64,000 bases of DNA. It comes from Asterias rubens. Lineage: Eukaryota. Every line of letters starts with the position of its first letter. Position 1 is the stretch's first letter. Positions 1 through 11,682 of this stretch are shown one piece after another. Made by a program: the position numbers and the translations under genes. The stretch is taken from contig NC_047073.1 of the NCBI RefSeq assembly GCF_902459465.1, forward strand, positions 13,082,001 to 13,146,000, given 5' to 3'. The notes beneath the pieces are model-generated. The model was given only the letters and a program-made list of their open reading frames with translations. It did no database searches and was not told where the DNA came from.

Positions 1-130
1 ATTGGGCGAGATGAACATTGTGTTGGGCGACTTTGCTTTTTGGCGAGATGATCATTGTGTTAGGGCGACTTTGGTTTAGGGCGAGATGAGCATTGTGTTG
101 GGGCGACTTTGGTTTAGGGCGAGATGACAG
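1..130. repeat. Tandem ~38-bp repeat (about 3.5 units), truncated by the window edge
   Basis: GGCGAGATGA recurs at 5, 42, 80 and 118 (periods 37/38/38), each unit with an internal GGGCGACTTT. Probably subterminal repeats of a dispersed element. Confidence 0.8.
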
Positions 131-269
131 GATCCGCCTTGCGAAGAGCCATTTGATTGATACAAATCGTATGGTGCGATCCCATGCATGTAATTTGTTA
201 GATTTTGTGTTTAGTCTACTTCCTTTGAGGCGAGTACAAACGGTGCCTGGTAGGACCAGGCTGCGAATT

Positions 270-450
270 TTGTTTGTATCCAACCCCGCTACCAAGCTTA
301 GATGAGAAGGGGGAAGGACGCTTGTATCTCCTCTTTGTCACGCACACTAGTTACACAACAAAATTATCGAACCCCTCTCCCAACCTTAGATGAGAAGGGG
401 CAAGGACGCTTGTAGCTCCTCTTCGTCACGCACAGTAGTTAAACAACAGA
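270..450. repeat. ~88-bp imperfect tandem duplication
   Basis: TTAGATGAGAAGGGG...AAGGACGCTTGTA.CTCCTCTT.GTCACGCAC occurs at 298 and 386. Confidence 0.8.
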
Positions 451-472
451 AATAATCTCGAAGGTCGCACCA

Positions 473-3237
473 TTACGCAACTCCAGATCGCACAGAGTAT
501 GTGACGAACCAGTAGCCACTGCGCTTGCGCAGCGTATTACGTAATGTTACTCCTGTAAGAATTCGAGGTGTACTGAGGGGGGAAAGAGTCTCCACGAGTT
601 GTTTTCAATTTAGTAAAATAATCAAAATCAAGCTGCACGTACGCATCGACTGAATAGCTCTGATCTCAGTGTTGTTAAACTTTAGAAAGCAGAACCTGCA
701 CTAGTTTTCATTGGATATTAATTAAGTTTTTGGAGCGAAGACGTTTTTGAGGATTTGCCTTGGGATGAAAGGTGTTAATTAAAATTTGTATTGTGGATGG
801 ACTAAATCCGCCTGCAACCAGAGAGCATCTTTCAACAAGAGACCAACTGTTTTCCAGTTGAATATATTCTTCTGAAAGGACTTTTCGGATTTTGTGTAAG
901 GTACACATCTTAATCAGATTTTTTATATGTTTTCTCTAATAAAATTTTGTTACGACTGATGTCTTTCTTCCTTTCAAGTTTCTTTTTCGTTAACTGTTTT
1001 ATGTGTGTGTGTTTGTGGTATTGTTCTCGATTCAATTTGTTCAGTAAATCAGTGCAATCTTTGGTAACTATGTGTATTATATTAATTGAAATAAGATTTT
1101 ATGCTAACTTTTAGGACGATCGCTTATTATAAGATTTAGAAGTGAGATGGTTTGAAGTGATATTATAAAAGTGCAGGTGTTCAAATGCGATATAACTTGC
1201 GGAAAGTAGGAATTTCAATCAGAGCATTTTAATCGAAGTTTTTTATACGTAACTTTCTAACTTGCTTAAGTTTGATTTGATTGTCGAACTCTTATTGAAA
1301 ACTGTTCTGGACAAACTGCCCGAATTGGAGCAAACCTAGGTTCTATGATTAAAGACAATGGACACTATTGGTAATTGTCACAGACCAGTCTTCTCACTTC
1401 GTGTATCTCAACATATGCATAAAATAACAAACCTGTGAAAATTCGGAGTTGCGAGATAACTATGAAAGAAAAACACCCTTGTAACACGAAGTTGTGTGCT
1501 TACAGATGCTTTATTTCGAGACCTCAAAATCTAAACTTGAGGTCTCAAAATCAAATTCGTAGAAAATTACTTTCTCGAAAACTACGTTACTTCAGAGGGA
1601 GCCGTTTCTCACAATGTTTCATACTACCAACCTCTCCCCATTACTCTTTACCAAGTATTAAGGTTTTATGCTAATAATTATTTTGAGTAATGACCAATAG
1701 TGTCCACTGCCTTTAAATCATAGTCTTGTCAAATTTTCTCAAACTTTGACTGGCCCCACCAATTATGTCTAGCGTATTTCCTTCCTTAACTAAAATACTA
1801 TTATTTTGTTTGTTATGTAATTTATTTTCCGCTCCCGCTTTTCCAAGTTTCGGGTTACTGTTTGTTCGACATATTTATTCAAGTGGGTATGCAACGATGA
1901 ATGTATTTATTCGTCATTTTGTCATTTCTTGCTTCCCTAACTTCATAGACTTGAGAAGCCCACGATATCGTATTCATGATCAAATTATGCGTGTTTCTCC
2001 AAGGCGATCTGGAACCGGATCTTGGACGTTAACCCACCGCTGCCTCGATACATTGTTGGGAAGTTATGCTGTGTGTTTGCTTAGGCCGTAACATGACGTA
2101 ACGGCCCAACCAGAAACCTTTATGCCTTTAATGACAATAGAATGTTTTCTGTTAACGCTGAGTAGCGTTCGTCAGTTTGATTTTAATCTACCCTCTCTAT
2201 TGATTGAGTTTGATTGTTAGCCTGTTATTAGCAACTTGCGTAACTCTTCTTTGGGGTGTAACTTTTTGAAAGTGCAGTACGGGTCGGGCTTTTATGTAAT
2301 CCGAGATAAGTGCACCATTTCGGAATACGATTTGTTGTTAACTTTAAAAATGTTGGTCTAATTAGTAATTCGAGTTATATTAAGCAACTTTCATGTGGTG
2401 AAAATAAATCCATAAAAACTCGATTTTTTTTAACATTCTCGATACGACAAACAAAATGCGAATGTTCTGTGGCCAAAAGGCTGCGAACCGTTGTTAACAT
2501 AATCTGTTTTTGTTTCGCAACTATTCATCTTGGCAGAGGGTTTGTTTAAAAAAAAAAATTGTAAATAATTAAAGGCCTACAAGAGGATTGGGATGTTGTC
2601 AATACATATAGTAATTAAATTCCCCACAGTTCTTGAAGCTCTAAGATTATCATCAGTGCTGCTGCGACTGCGACCCATGCTAGTTGCTACCCCAAAAGCA
2701 AAGCCCGGTAACGGTGACATCTCGGTTCATTCATAAGAAATTATTGATCATCTCTTCTTACGTAACTTCACCTAAGCTTGCCTGATTCACGTGACACAGC
2801 AACTATTTCGTGTCAGAGGAATTCAAATTCTTTCTATGCCCGAGGGGTCATGCACGACTAGCACATACCTATGGTTTTTGTGGTATTATGTCCACCAGTG
2901 ACGTCATTCTATATATGAATAATTCATGAACGGGAAGCATTACGTAATGGAACTTGTAAACGGCTTACAGCTACAGATAAGGTTAATTTCATTGGAGCTA
3001 TGTTGATTTTAACGGTCGAGCTTGTACTATGGTGCTACACAACTTGCCACGTATAGTATTATTTGTATCTTGGTAAATGTTCCAACGAGTTTGCTGCCAT
3101 CTATCGTCTGAAAAGTAATTTTTAAACTTTCGCTTGGTTCCTCAACGCCATAGGCTAGGCCTAGACCTTTTCTGATGCAATTGCACAGCCTTGGTTAACG
3201 CCAACCGAGGTTGGCAAACTATGGAAAGCCACACGTG
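473..3237. promoter_or_regulatory. Cluster of PAR/E4BP4 D-box sites plus a CRE and E-boxes upstream of the NFIL3-like gene
   Basis: TTACGTAA at 537, 2758 and 2940. TTATGTAA at 1813 and 2292. ATGACGTAAC at 2093. TTACGCAA at 473 and TTGCGTAA at 2236. CRE TGACGTCA at 2899. CACGTG at 2788 and 3232. Confidence 0.6.
1349..1716. mobile_element. TTAA-flanked MITE, family A (Kolobok/T2-like)
   Basis: TTAA|AGACAATGGACACTATTGGT ... ACCAATAGTGTCCACTGCCT|TTAA, with a ~360-bp body and several copies in the window. Confidence 0.85.
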
Positions 3238-3873
3238 TATAAAGCAAAAACAGATAACATAGTGTCGACTTTGTGGATGGGTGGTATTTCATTTAGTTGA
3301 CAGTTGCAAAAAATATTGTTTTTTTTTTTTGTTTTTTTGTATAGTTTATTTTTATTTTATATAGTATATATTTTATATTAACTTAATTTTTCGGGAATAA
3401 AACGAACAGTAATGCATATTAATTAGGTTTAAAACATTGAAAAAATGCTGTCACGAGTTCCGGTTTACAAAGATCGAGATCAATAATAAGATGTCTGTAT
3501 GTCTTCAATCCATTAAGAAGAATTAATTTCATTCTTTGCCTTGTACTAACAAAAAGAAGAGAGCTAAACAATCGTTTGCATTACCAATTTTGTTTACGCA
3601 TTATGCGCATTGCGTCGAGACGTGAAAATCAGCATGCATCATTACATCATCAACATGTCGCGCTCGTCACCACCAGCCCAGCGGTATTGTAGATTAGATT
3701 GGTGGGTCTGAGCCGAACCAATGGATACGTGTCATTAATGTGAAGGGTTCACTGACATGTTACGAATGAACATGGAGTTTGGTCGCTGCGTCAATAACAA
3801 GCCACAACTCGCAGTAAAAAAAAACGGAAGACAAATAAAAACATTTTGTCATGAGGGTTACCAAACGAAATGA

Positions 3874-5682
3874 ATGTTGCGAAACGGGAGCACTGTCCTC
3901 TTGAGTGTTATTCAGGTAGTTGGCTTCCAAAGTAAACAAAAATATGACAAACTTTTAAATATTTTTATTTATTTATTGTTTCTGCTACAGAATTCCATAC
4001 GAGAGATCACAATGGCAGCAACAGCATCTCCACTTCCCCAGACATCAGCTTTGAATCTTTCCATCAAGATGACGGACCAGGTGAACAACAGGGACTACCT
4101 CGCACAGCACCGACACTGCGGCAAGCCTGTGCAGCGTGTCCACCCGAACGGTCGCCTGTCCGAACAGGGGAGTCTTCCACCCATGGAGCTATCAACCAAG
4201 CTCCCCAACGGCGCGGACCCAATGGATCTGAGCACGAACATACCAGACCTGATCATGTCCCGTAAGCAGAGAGTGTTCACCTCGGAAGACTCTAAGGATA
4301 TCCAGTATTGGGACAAACGCCGCAAGAACAACGATGCCGCCAAGAGATCGAGAGAGAAGCGGCGCCTGACGGACCTCGTTCTGGAAACTCACGTGATGAA
4401 CCTCGCTAGGGAGAACGAGAAGCTCAAAGCAGAGCTGCAGGCCATGAAAGGCAAACCTTGCAAGAACAAAAACACCAAAAGTCAAAACAGGATCCATCCA
4501 ACATCAAGTGGCAAACAATTAGGCCATGGAATTGCTTACCCCGTTTATGAGCAAGATTTATCATTCTTCCAAGCACCACCAACCACCAAAATGTACCCAG
4601 CCGAACAACCCAAGAACTTGCTACCACCATATCCAACTTCGTTGCAACCTACAGTACGTCCATTCACGGATAGACTAGCTACTGAAATTCCTCACAGGGC
4701 ACCAGTTTCTTTGCCGCCAAGCATGGATGTCAACGCAGTCCATGCCTACCTCGGGAATTCACATCAACTGATGATCAAGCAAGAAACCCCGATAGATCAA
4801 CCACTGGTAGCTCGGCAACCTTATGTTGGTTTCTATAACGGCAAGACCAAAGTGACCTCGCCATCAGAGGGTCAATCTTTCTCCCCATCGTTGCTCCCTT
4901 CGGTTCCCCCGACTATACAAACTAACCCGATAGACGCCCAACAGAAACCCCCCTCCCCACCCTCTCCACACAGTGCCTTCTCATCAGGCATTGAACTCTC
5001 CAAACTTCCTCATAAACTTCGCGATAAACTAAAGCGTTCTCTTGCACAGACCGAAGAGGGCGCTGTCGTCAAGACACCATCAACATCCGAAGAGCCATTG
5101 TGCAAGATAAAGAGAACAGTGTCCTCTGAAATGTCTAGTATTCCTATCCCACAAACATCAAAGGTCGCTCATGAAGAACTTCAATGTGGTCGCCCTAGGT
5201 TGGACAGCTTTACACCCCCTCCTTCAAGCTCTTCAAGCGATGGCAACATAAGCCCCCATACATGTAGCTCCGTCTTGGAGTACCCAGTCAAATCAGAATT
5301 CATCCCTTCTGGTTCCTCATCTGAACTTACCCTGAACGAAACCCACGAGAGGATGGTTGAGGCAGCCCAGGCCTTAGCAGCCCTCAACAAAGGTACCACA
5401 GAGGGTTTCCCCATGCATGGTAGCGTACGCAATCTTCAAATGAGCATGGATGACAGTGCGAAATACTGGGACAAGCGAAGACGCAATAACCAAGCTGCCA
5501 AGAAATGCCGAGATGCAAAGAGACTCTTGATCGATTACAGAGCAGCTCGTTCGGCTTACTTGGAGCAGGAGAACATCCAGCTACATCATGAAACGTCTTC
5601 GCTGCAGAAGGATGTGGCGAGATTGAAGGAACTTGTCAGGAGAAAAACGGCAGAAGCAAACAAGAAGTTATCTCAACAGTAA
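3874..5682 (+). CDS. NFIL3: NFIL3/E4BP4/vrille-like bZIP transcription factor with two bZIP domains; join(3874..3915,3991..5682) = 577 aa, or ATG 4012 = 556 aa
   Basis: bZIP1 reads [59 protein letters not shown] (NFIL3-type). KLPHKLRDK matches the E4BP4/vrille LPHKLR repression motif. bZIP2 reads [20 protein letters not shown]...[23 protein letters not shown]. Donor CAG|GTAGTT at 3916; acceptor TTTCTGCTACAG at 3990. Confidence 0.9.
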   Translation: MLRNGSTVLLSVIQVVGFQSKQKYDKLLNIFIYLLFLLQNSIREITMAATASPLPQTSALNLSIKMTDQVNNRDYLAQHRHCGKPVQRVHPNGRLSEQGSLPPMELSTKLPNGADPMDLSTNIPDLIMSRKQRVFTSEDSKDIQYWDKRRKNNDAAKRSREKRRLTDLVLETHVMNLARENEKLKAELQAMKGKPCKNKNTKSQNRIHPTSSGKQLGHGIAYPVYEQDLSFFQAPPTTKMYPAEQPKNLLPPYPTSLQPTVRPFTDRLATEIPHRAPVSLPPSMDVNAVHAYLGNSHQLMIKQETPIDQPLVARQPYVGFYNGKTKVTSPSEGQSFSPSLLPSVPPTIQTNPIDAQQKPPSPPSPHSAFSSGIELSKLPHKLRDKLKRSLAQTEEGAVVKTPSTSEEPLCKIKRTVSSEMSSIPIPQTSKVAHEELQCGRPRLDSFTPPPSSSSSDGNISPHTCSSVLEYPVKSEFIPSGSSSELTLNETHERMVEAAQALAALNKGTTEGFPMHGSVRNLQMSMDDSAKYWDKRRRNNQAAKKCRDAKRLLIDYRAARSAYLEQENIQLHHETSSLQKDVARLKELVRRKTAEANKKLSQQ

Positions 5683-6278
5683 CTTGACATTGACACAAAC
5701 TGTTTGTAACTTTGCCATAATATTATAATTTCGTATGTTTCTCAACAATGTTGAATTTGATCAAAGATAACAAAAAACACCGATGGTGTCAATTCTGAAG
5801 ACAAATTGATGGTATCTGGTAAGGAGACACAAGAATTCTGCTTAACTATTTTATTTGCTACGCAAATATTGAGCAGGGAAACCAGTCACAAGCGATGTTC
5901 ATTGAATTATTAACAGTTCACAACATTAATGATTTGTATACTATTTCTTATTCTTGAGAAATTATACGATCATCAAATTGGTGTACCCTTCTTTCTTTCA
6001 ATTTTACTGAGGACATTCACTTTGGATGCCATGAAATGCACCCCATTACTACTTCTTTGTCACAGGAATGCTGGTGTGTAGATTGTACAAAATTTGTTTT
6101 TGGAGGTTTATAACTGGTGCTGTAAATATTAGGCTCTATCCCTTGTGCACACAAAACCGTTAAAATTGCTGCAAAGTGTATAGCTTTATCGATAACTTGG
6201 TTTTTCTTTTTGTACGATAAATATTGAAGATACTAAACGTACAGTATGTTTAAAACATCAATCCTAATTTATTTTATA

Positions 6279-6284
6279 AATAAA
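6279..6284 (+). terminator. Candidate polyadenylation signal of the NFIL3-like gene
   Basis: AATAAA about 600 nt after the stop, in an AT-rich 3' UTR. Further AATAAA hexamers occur near 6600 and 6762. Confidence 0.4.
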
Positions 6285-7179
6285 ACTATAAGAAAGCGTG
6301 TTGGTCGACCAAAACAATCGACACTAAACCTTTCCAAAAATGTTCACATTTTGTCCACATGTTTAAATCGCTCTTCATAAAAAAAAATGCATTATTTTTA
6401 CAGGGCCTTCAGAAGTTCTCAGAGAGTTCTTATTATCGGGTTTTTGGAGGACTGCATGTGTACAATCTCATAAGAAAGGTCGCCCACAATAATTGTTTGT
6501 TTTTTCTTGTCGAAAACGCCTTGAATATTGCATTATATTTTTACCCGTCCTGATTTTGTTTTAAAAGTTCAGAAATAAGTCCAGTGCATAATACAATACA
6601 ATAAAACTGTATTGACTGCATTTATTACCGAATTTTTATTAGTTTATTTGGTTATGTACACTTTGACGTCATTATTTTCTGTTTCATATGTTTGATTATT
6701 GTATAATTACTTGAAACTAATAGTTTTGTTGTTCAGCGGGCCAAGCTTCGTTTCCAATCATGAATAAACATTAATCATGTGTGATTTCATGTTAATTAAG
6801 TTTTGACAATGTGTCTGGTTGATGGTTTGTGGATATACATGTATAACTCAAGGAATGATTCTGTAGTTGTTGTTTTTTTTTGGGGGGGGGAATTAAAGGG
6901 CCCAATTTGGAGGACGACTAAAACTAATGGGAAAGGTTTCGTATTGGTACATCATCAACACATTTTTTGTACACCAAGATTGCCACTGTCGTAGCGCTTT
7001 TCAATGGTGATTTTTGTTTTCTAAATCGATTAAAAAAAGGGAATTCTTAAAAATAAATCAGGAATTTCTTTTAGAATGGCAAATTTAAAAGGCAGGGGAG
7101 GATTCCGCTGGGGGAGAAGGTGTGAAGAAATAATTTGGTGGTTGGATTTTGCTGTTTAGAATCGTTCATTAGGAAGGTG

Positions 7180-7290
7180 GGTCGGGTTGGTTGGGACAAT
7201 GGTTGGGTTGGTTGGGACAATGGTTGGGTTGGTGTTGGGACAATGGTTGGGTTGGTTGGGACAATGGTTGGGTTGGTTGGGACAATGGTT
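7180..7290. repeat. 21-bp G-rich minisatellite (GGTTGGGTTGGTTGGGACAAT x5)
   Basis: GGGACAAT ends at 7200, 7221, 7244, 7265 and 7286. Confidence 0.9.
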
Positions 7291-8662
7291 CACTTGGAAG
7301 TTGAGTTTGGCCAGTTTGTGAACTTTCCTCAAGCAATCATAGAAGGGGGAGGTTGGGTTAGAGAGGGGGGGGGGCATGTTTAATTCGGACGAGACCATGG
7401 TGGGTGGTTTCGGGGCCAGTTTTGTCCGAAATGTCGTTCGTCAATGTAGATGGGGAGGGTTGTGGGGACCATTGTGATTTTGGATGTTCGTTTTGTCCGT
7501 TTGGTGAACTGACTGATCAGCAATAGTCATAGACGGGGAGGGGGACCGTGGTGGTGCAAGGGGTTATTTTATTTTATTTTTCGTTGGGAACTTTAGTTCA
7601 GCATGTGGTGGTTGGGGGGGGGGGGCTTAAAGAGTACCCGGCTCGTAAAAGAACACTTCAAAAGCAAGTTAGCAACCTATAATAGCATATTATTATGTTA
7701 TTGTCCTTAATAATACCCCCAACGTTGATACTTTGTTCACTATGTTCAATTCAATAGATATATGCATTGCCTTTTCAACAATAAGAATAATCAGTACATG
7801 AAAAAAAGTGACCAAATCATGAGCACATAAAGTGTTCAAAGTGCTTTGATTATCATTGTGTTTCGCTCAGATATCCATTCTGTAATGGTAAAGATTTGCA
7901 GCCAAAACCCTTACAGTCAATGACATCATTCGGCAAACAATCTGTAGCTGACAGAGAACAAAAATAACATCGGAACAATGGACTGACAGCATTTTGTAGA
8001 CTTGTTGTGTAAACAAAAAGGTGGAGTTTGACACTTCGAAACGGTAATGACCGGACAAGTAGGCCTACTGGGCACAGTCCGGGCATATTCCTCGCAATAA
8101 ATTTTAAAGGAAAAGTATACCTTTGATTATTTTTTAACCATTCGTTTGTTTTAATCTATGTAGATAAACATAATAAACCTAACAATCATCTGAAAATTTC
8201 AAAAAGTGGTCGCGTTTTTTTGTGTTTTTTTTTTTAGATTATCGCCGAAAATCCGGAGCGAACATAGTTTTACTAAAAAATTTGTGCATTCTGAATGGTT
8301 TTATTGAGGAGCAAATTATGATTTTTTTAAAATAGCAACTGACACATTTTGCATATTATTTTGCTCTGCTATACAAGGAAAATCGTTCACTGTGTTTATA
8401 TCCCTTGTTGGGGTTTGCCGTTTTCTCAGGAGCAAAACATGTAAGCTATGAAAAAAAATAATACCTTGCCACCACAGACTTTTACTATTCTAGAGCCAGC
8501 GCTTGGTGGCGCTATGAAAAAATTACAACGACATAGTCGGATACCCTCATGGCAGGACTTGTGCCATCTGATAGTGTTATGGAACACTAGATACCCGACA
8601 ACTGTAATATTGTTTTTTTCTGCACAAGTTTTGCGGCTGGGCTGCTCACAAAAGTCGACGAA

Positions 8663-10867
8663 ATGGAAGAAAAGGGAAGAGTGAATACCTTTGTTAATGA
8701 TGGAAGCTTCATGGAAATGTTCTGAAAGAGGATGGAAGAAGAAAAACTCAGAGGTAAAGGAGACCAATCAGTGAGCGGGGCGAAGGACGGTGAGCTGCTG
8801 GGAGGAAGCAATCAACGACGGCCCGGCGGTGACTCGGCCACGGACATGACGGAAGGGTCGTCGAGTGGCCGAACTCCCACAGATAAAGAAACACTTTTGC
8901 CAGATCAAAAAACAACCAACAAAACAGATTCTGATGTTGAACAATCTTGTGGTGCCAATTCGCAAACTTTATCCACACAACAAAGTGAGAATATGGACAG
9001 AAATTCAGATATAAAACATGAAAAGCGAAAGTCAAAATGGGAGCAAGTTGAAGAAAAGACAACAGCAGAGGAAGTGACAGCAACAGAAGATTCCAGTAAA
9101 ACAGAATCTACAGTAACGACCGCCCAGAAAAAGTATAGCCTTTTGTCACATGTAAGTCCTTTATTGGAAAATTGGTCCCCTTTTCTTTCGTCACTTTTTC
9201 ATAATATTTAATATTAAAATTATCCAATTTCCCAAAAATGTACAGACAGTTACTTTCACAGTCATGACAGTAGTTATCATGGTAAACTAAATACGAGTCA
9301 ATGGATGTTGACTAATGATTGTTGTTTGATTATATTTTTACCAAAAAACTGATGGCCCCAACACCCAACACTTTTCAACCCCAAAACTTTGAGCAGTTTT
9401 GGTGTTTATGTAATGGAAGCAGCCATAGTCAAGCGAAAAGAATTAAAAAGAGGGAGAGGTAGAAAGCGCCTTAAAAAAAGCAAGGGGATGACTAACAAAG
9501 GTGTACAGAATGAGGGTGGTATATATAGGGATGATGAGGTGGAGTTGCAAACACAAACATCCAGACCACAGGTATGCAGGTGGAACAAGGGTTAGGGAGA
9601 AAAGGTGTGACAGACTAAAGAAGGGATCTTGATGGGGGTGGGGAGCTCGGAGAGGTTAGGAGTTCTCGATGATGACAACAAGTTGTGGATCATTGATGTT
9701 CAGACAGCATGGGGACCGGGTCGAATAGTCTGGAGGTGCCTCAGAATCATGTCAGAAATGTATGGAGTGGTTTGGAAGATGGAGGATGATGTTCGTGATA
9801 CCACCAGTGTCACAGTGAGATAGGGGGTCAGGTCATCTGCACCACCACGATTCTCATCTCTCAAATATCTTGCAATTATAAAGAACTACATAGATTAGAT
9901 TGACAGTATCCAGAAGGTGAATACATCTCCTCAGACATCTGATAAAAGACTTCATCACTCGAGGTCTGCTTAAGTTTGACGCTGTCCTTGTTGTTTTTTA
10001 CACAGGTCGGCAAACGAAAAGGGGGGAAACCTTCTCTAAAGACAGGAACTGTAAAGAAGCCCAAGACTCCAGAAGCGGTATGCAGGACTTAGCCTTTTTC
10101 TTTTCCCTATCCCTTTCAAACATTGCAGATGATAAACTGTACCTTGGAGAGCATACTAAGAGCACCAAGGCGATGACCAGGGGTCACGGAGGCAGTTGCC
10201 TTTGATACCTCTGTGAAGCACTAAGGCCTCATCAATGCTTGAGAGACGCATGCCTACACCCTTCACACCTTCAGCGTTCTCCCTTAACAATTGTCCACGG
10301 GCCAAATGCCAATTAAGATGCCAAATAAAAACAGTCAAAATTCACTCCAGAAGGTCCAAACCCTGACCCAATGATCAAATAATCAAGTCTGGCTGTCGCA
10401 CAAATTTCCATTTAAACCAGTCAAATTTCTTATCAACCCCACCGCCCCCATCCCCCACCCCCCTCCCCTGTTTTGTTGGTTGTTGGCTCACATTTTGGCG
10501 GTTAATTTTTTGGAAGTAGTCTGAGGCTAACAAACGCTAAACAATTGTTGATAGCTAGATTCCTTCAAACTCTTTTTTACAACATCAATATTTTATTTTA
10601 CTTTATTTTAAGACCTTCAAATCAGGGAGCCACATTTACAGCAGTCTCCCTTAAATTTAAGTGCCCTGGGCAGTGAGTAGTACTGTCATGATTACACTGT
10701 GCCAACCCTCAACCCAACACCAACCCCATAATATGTTTATAATTTTCCTCTTTTTCCATTTTTCTTTTCAGCCTAAGGATCCATGGTCCAAGTACTTGGC
10801 AGAGGTAGAGAAATACAAAGCGCATGTTTGTGGTGATGAGGACAAATCCCGACCATTAGTCAAGTGA
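8663..10867 (+). CDS. TRIR: Telomerase RNA component interacting RNase (C19orf43 homologue); join(8663..9151,10006..10077,10772..10867) with an in-frame TGA at 8723..8725, or 195 aa from ATG 8732
   Basis: The C-terminus VGKRKGGKPSLKTGTVKKPKTPEA|PKDPWSKYLAEVEKYKAHVCGDEDKSRPLVK* matches the TRIR end (VGKRRGG..LKTG....WAKYMAEVKKYKAHQCGDDDKTRPLVK). The N-terminal FVNDGSFMEMF*KRMEEE matches FANDGSFLELFKRKMEEE. Both introns are GT-AG, phase 0. Confidence 0.88.
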
Positions 10868-11294
10868 TGAATTCTCTCCAAGCCAGCAGTAATAGTTGGA
10901 TACATTTATTTCATACTTTGGTTAATATAAAGGGAGGTTACACCTTTGGTAATTTCACCAAAACTTAATGGCCATAAAAACCTACTTGGTAAAGGGCATT
11001 GGAGAGCTGTTGATATTACAAAACATTGAAATGACACCCTTTTGAAGCTATTTGGTTTTAGAGAAAGGGGTAATTTTCATACTCAAAATTGTGAATTATG
11101 AGGAAGGCTCTCACTCATCTGAAACTTTCTGAGAGTACACAATTCTATGCAACGAGGGTGGGTTTTTTTTCTTCCATTATTTTCTTGCAATTTTGATGAC
11201 CAACCGAGCCCAGTTTTACACAGGTTTGTTATTTTTAGGCACACCAAGTGAGGATACTGGTCTTTAAGAGCTACCAAAAGTGTATCCTGCCTAT

Positions 11295-11682
11295 TTAAAG
11301 GAACCATTGCCTTGGGTCAGTCGAGTTGGTCTTTGAAAAGCGTTTGTAACCTTTTGTTATAGATTGCATATTATGATTAAAAAATATATTTTAAGAGTAG
11401 AATATAATGATCCACATAAGTATCACTCAAAATTGCGTGGTTTTCCTTTTACCTCGTCGACAAACACGGTCGGCCAATTATGGGAGTCAAATTTTTGACT
11501 CCCATTAATGGCCGACCGTTTTAGTTCGCAAAGTAAAAGGAAAACCATGCAATGTCGAGGCAAATGTGTGTGGATCATTGTATTCTACTTTTTAAACATC
11601 TTTCAAACCATATGCATTTTATAACAAACGGTTACAAACGCTTTTCAGAGACCAACTCGACCGATCCAAGGCAACGTGTTTC
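11295..11682. mobile_element. TTAA-type fold-back MITE, family B
   Basis: TTAA|AGGAACCATTGCCTTGGGTCAGTCGAGTTGGTC ... GACCAACTCGACCGATCCAAGGCAACGTGTT, with a central palindrome ATGGGAGTCAAA/TTTGACTCCCAT. Confidence 0.85.

Noticed and set aside
7135-7398. ORFs on both strands with repetitive peptides (GWVGWDN / PNQPNHC)
   Set aside because: They are translations of the 21-bp minisatellite, with no splice or homology support.
8723-8725. Selenocysteine as the explanation of the TRIR TGA
   Set aside because: The homologous residue is Lys/Arg rather than Cys, and I could not see a convincing SECIS after 10867. Kept only as a minor alternative.
9389-9860. Purine-skewed intronic block that might be an antisense LINE 3' end
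   Set aside because: No reverse-transcriptase motif could be aligned convincingly in any frame.
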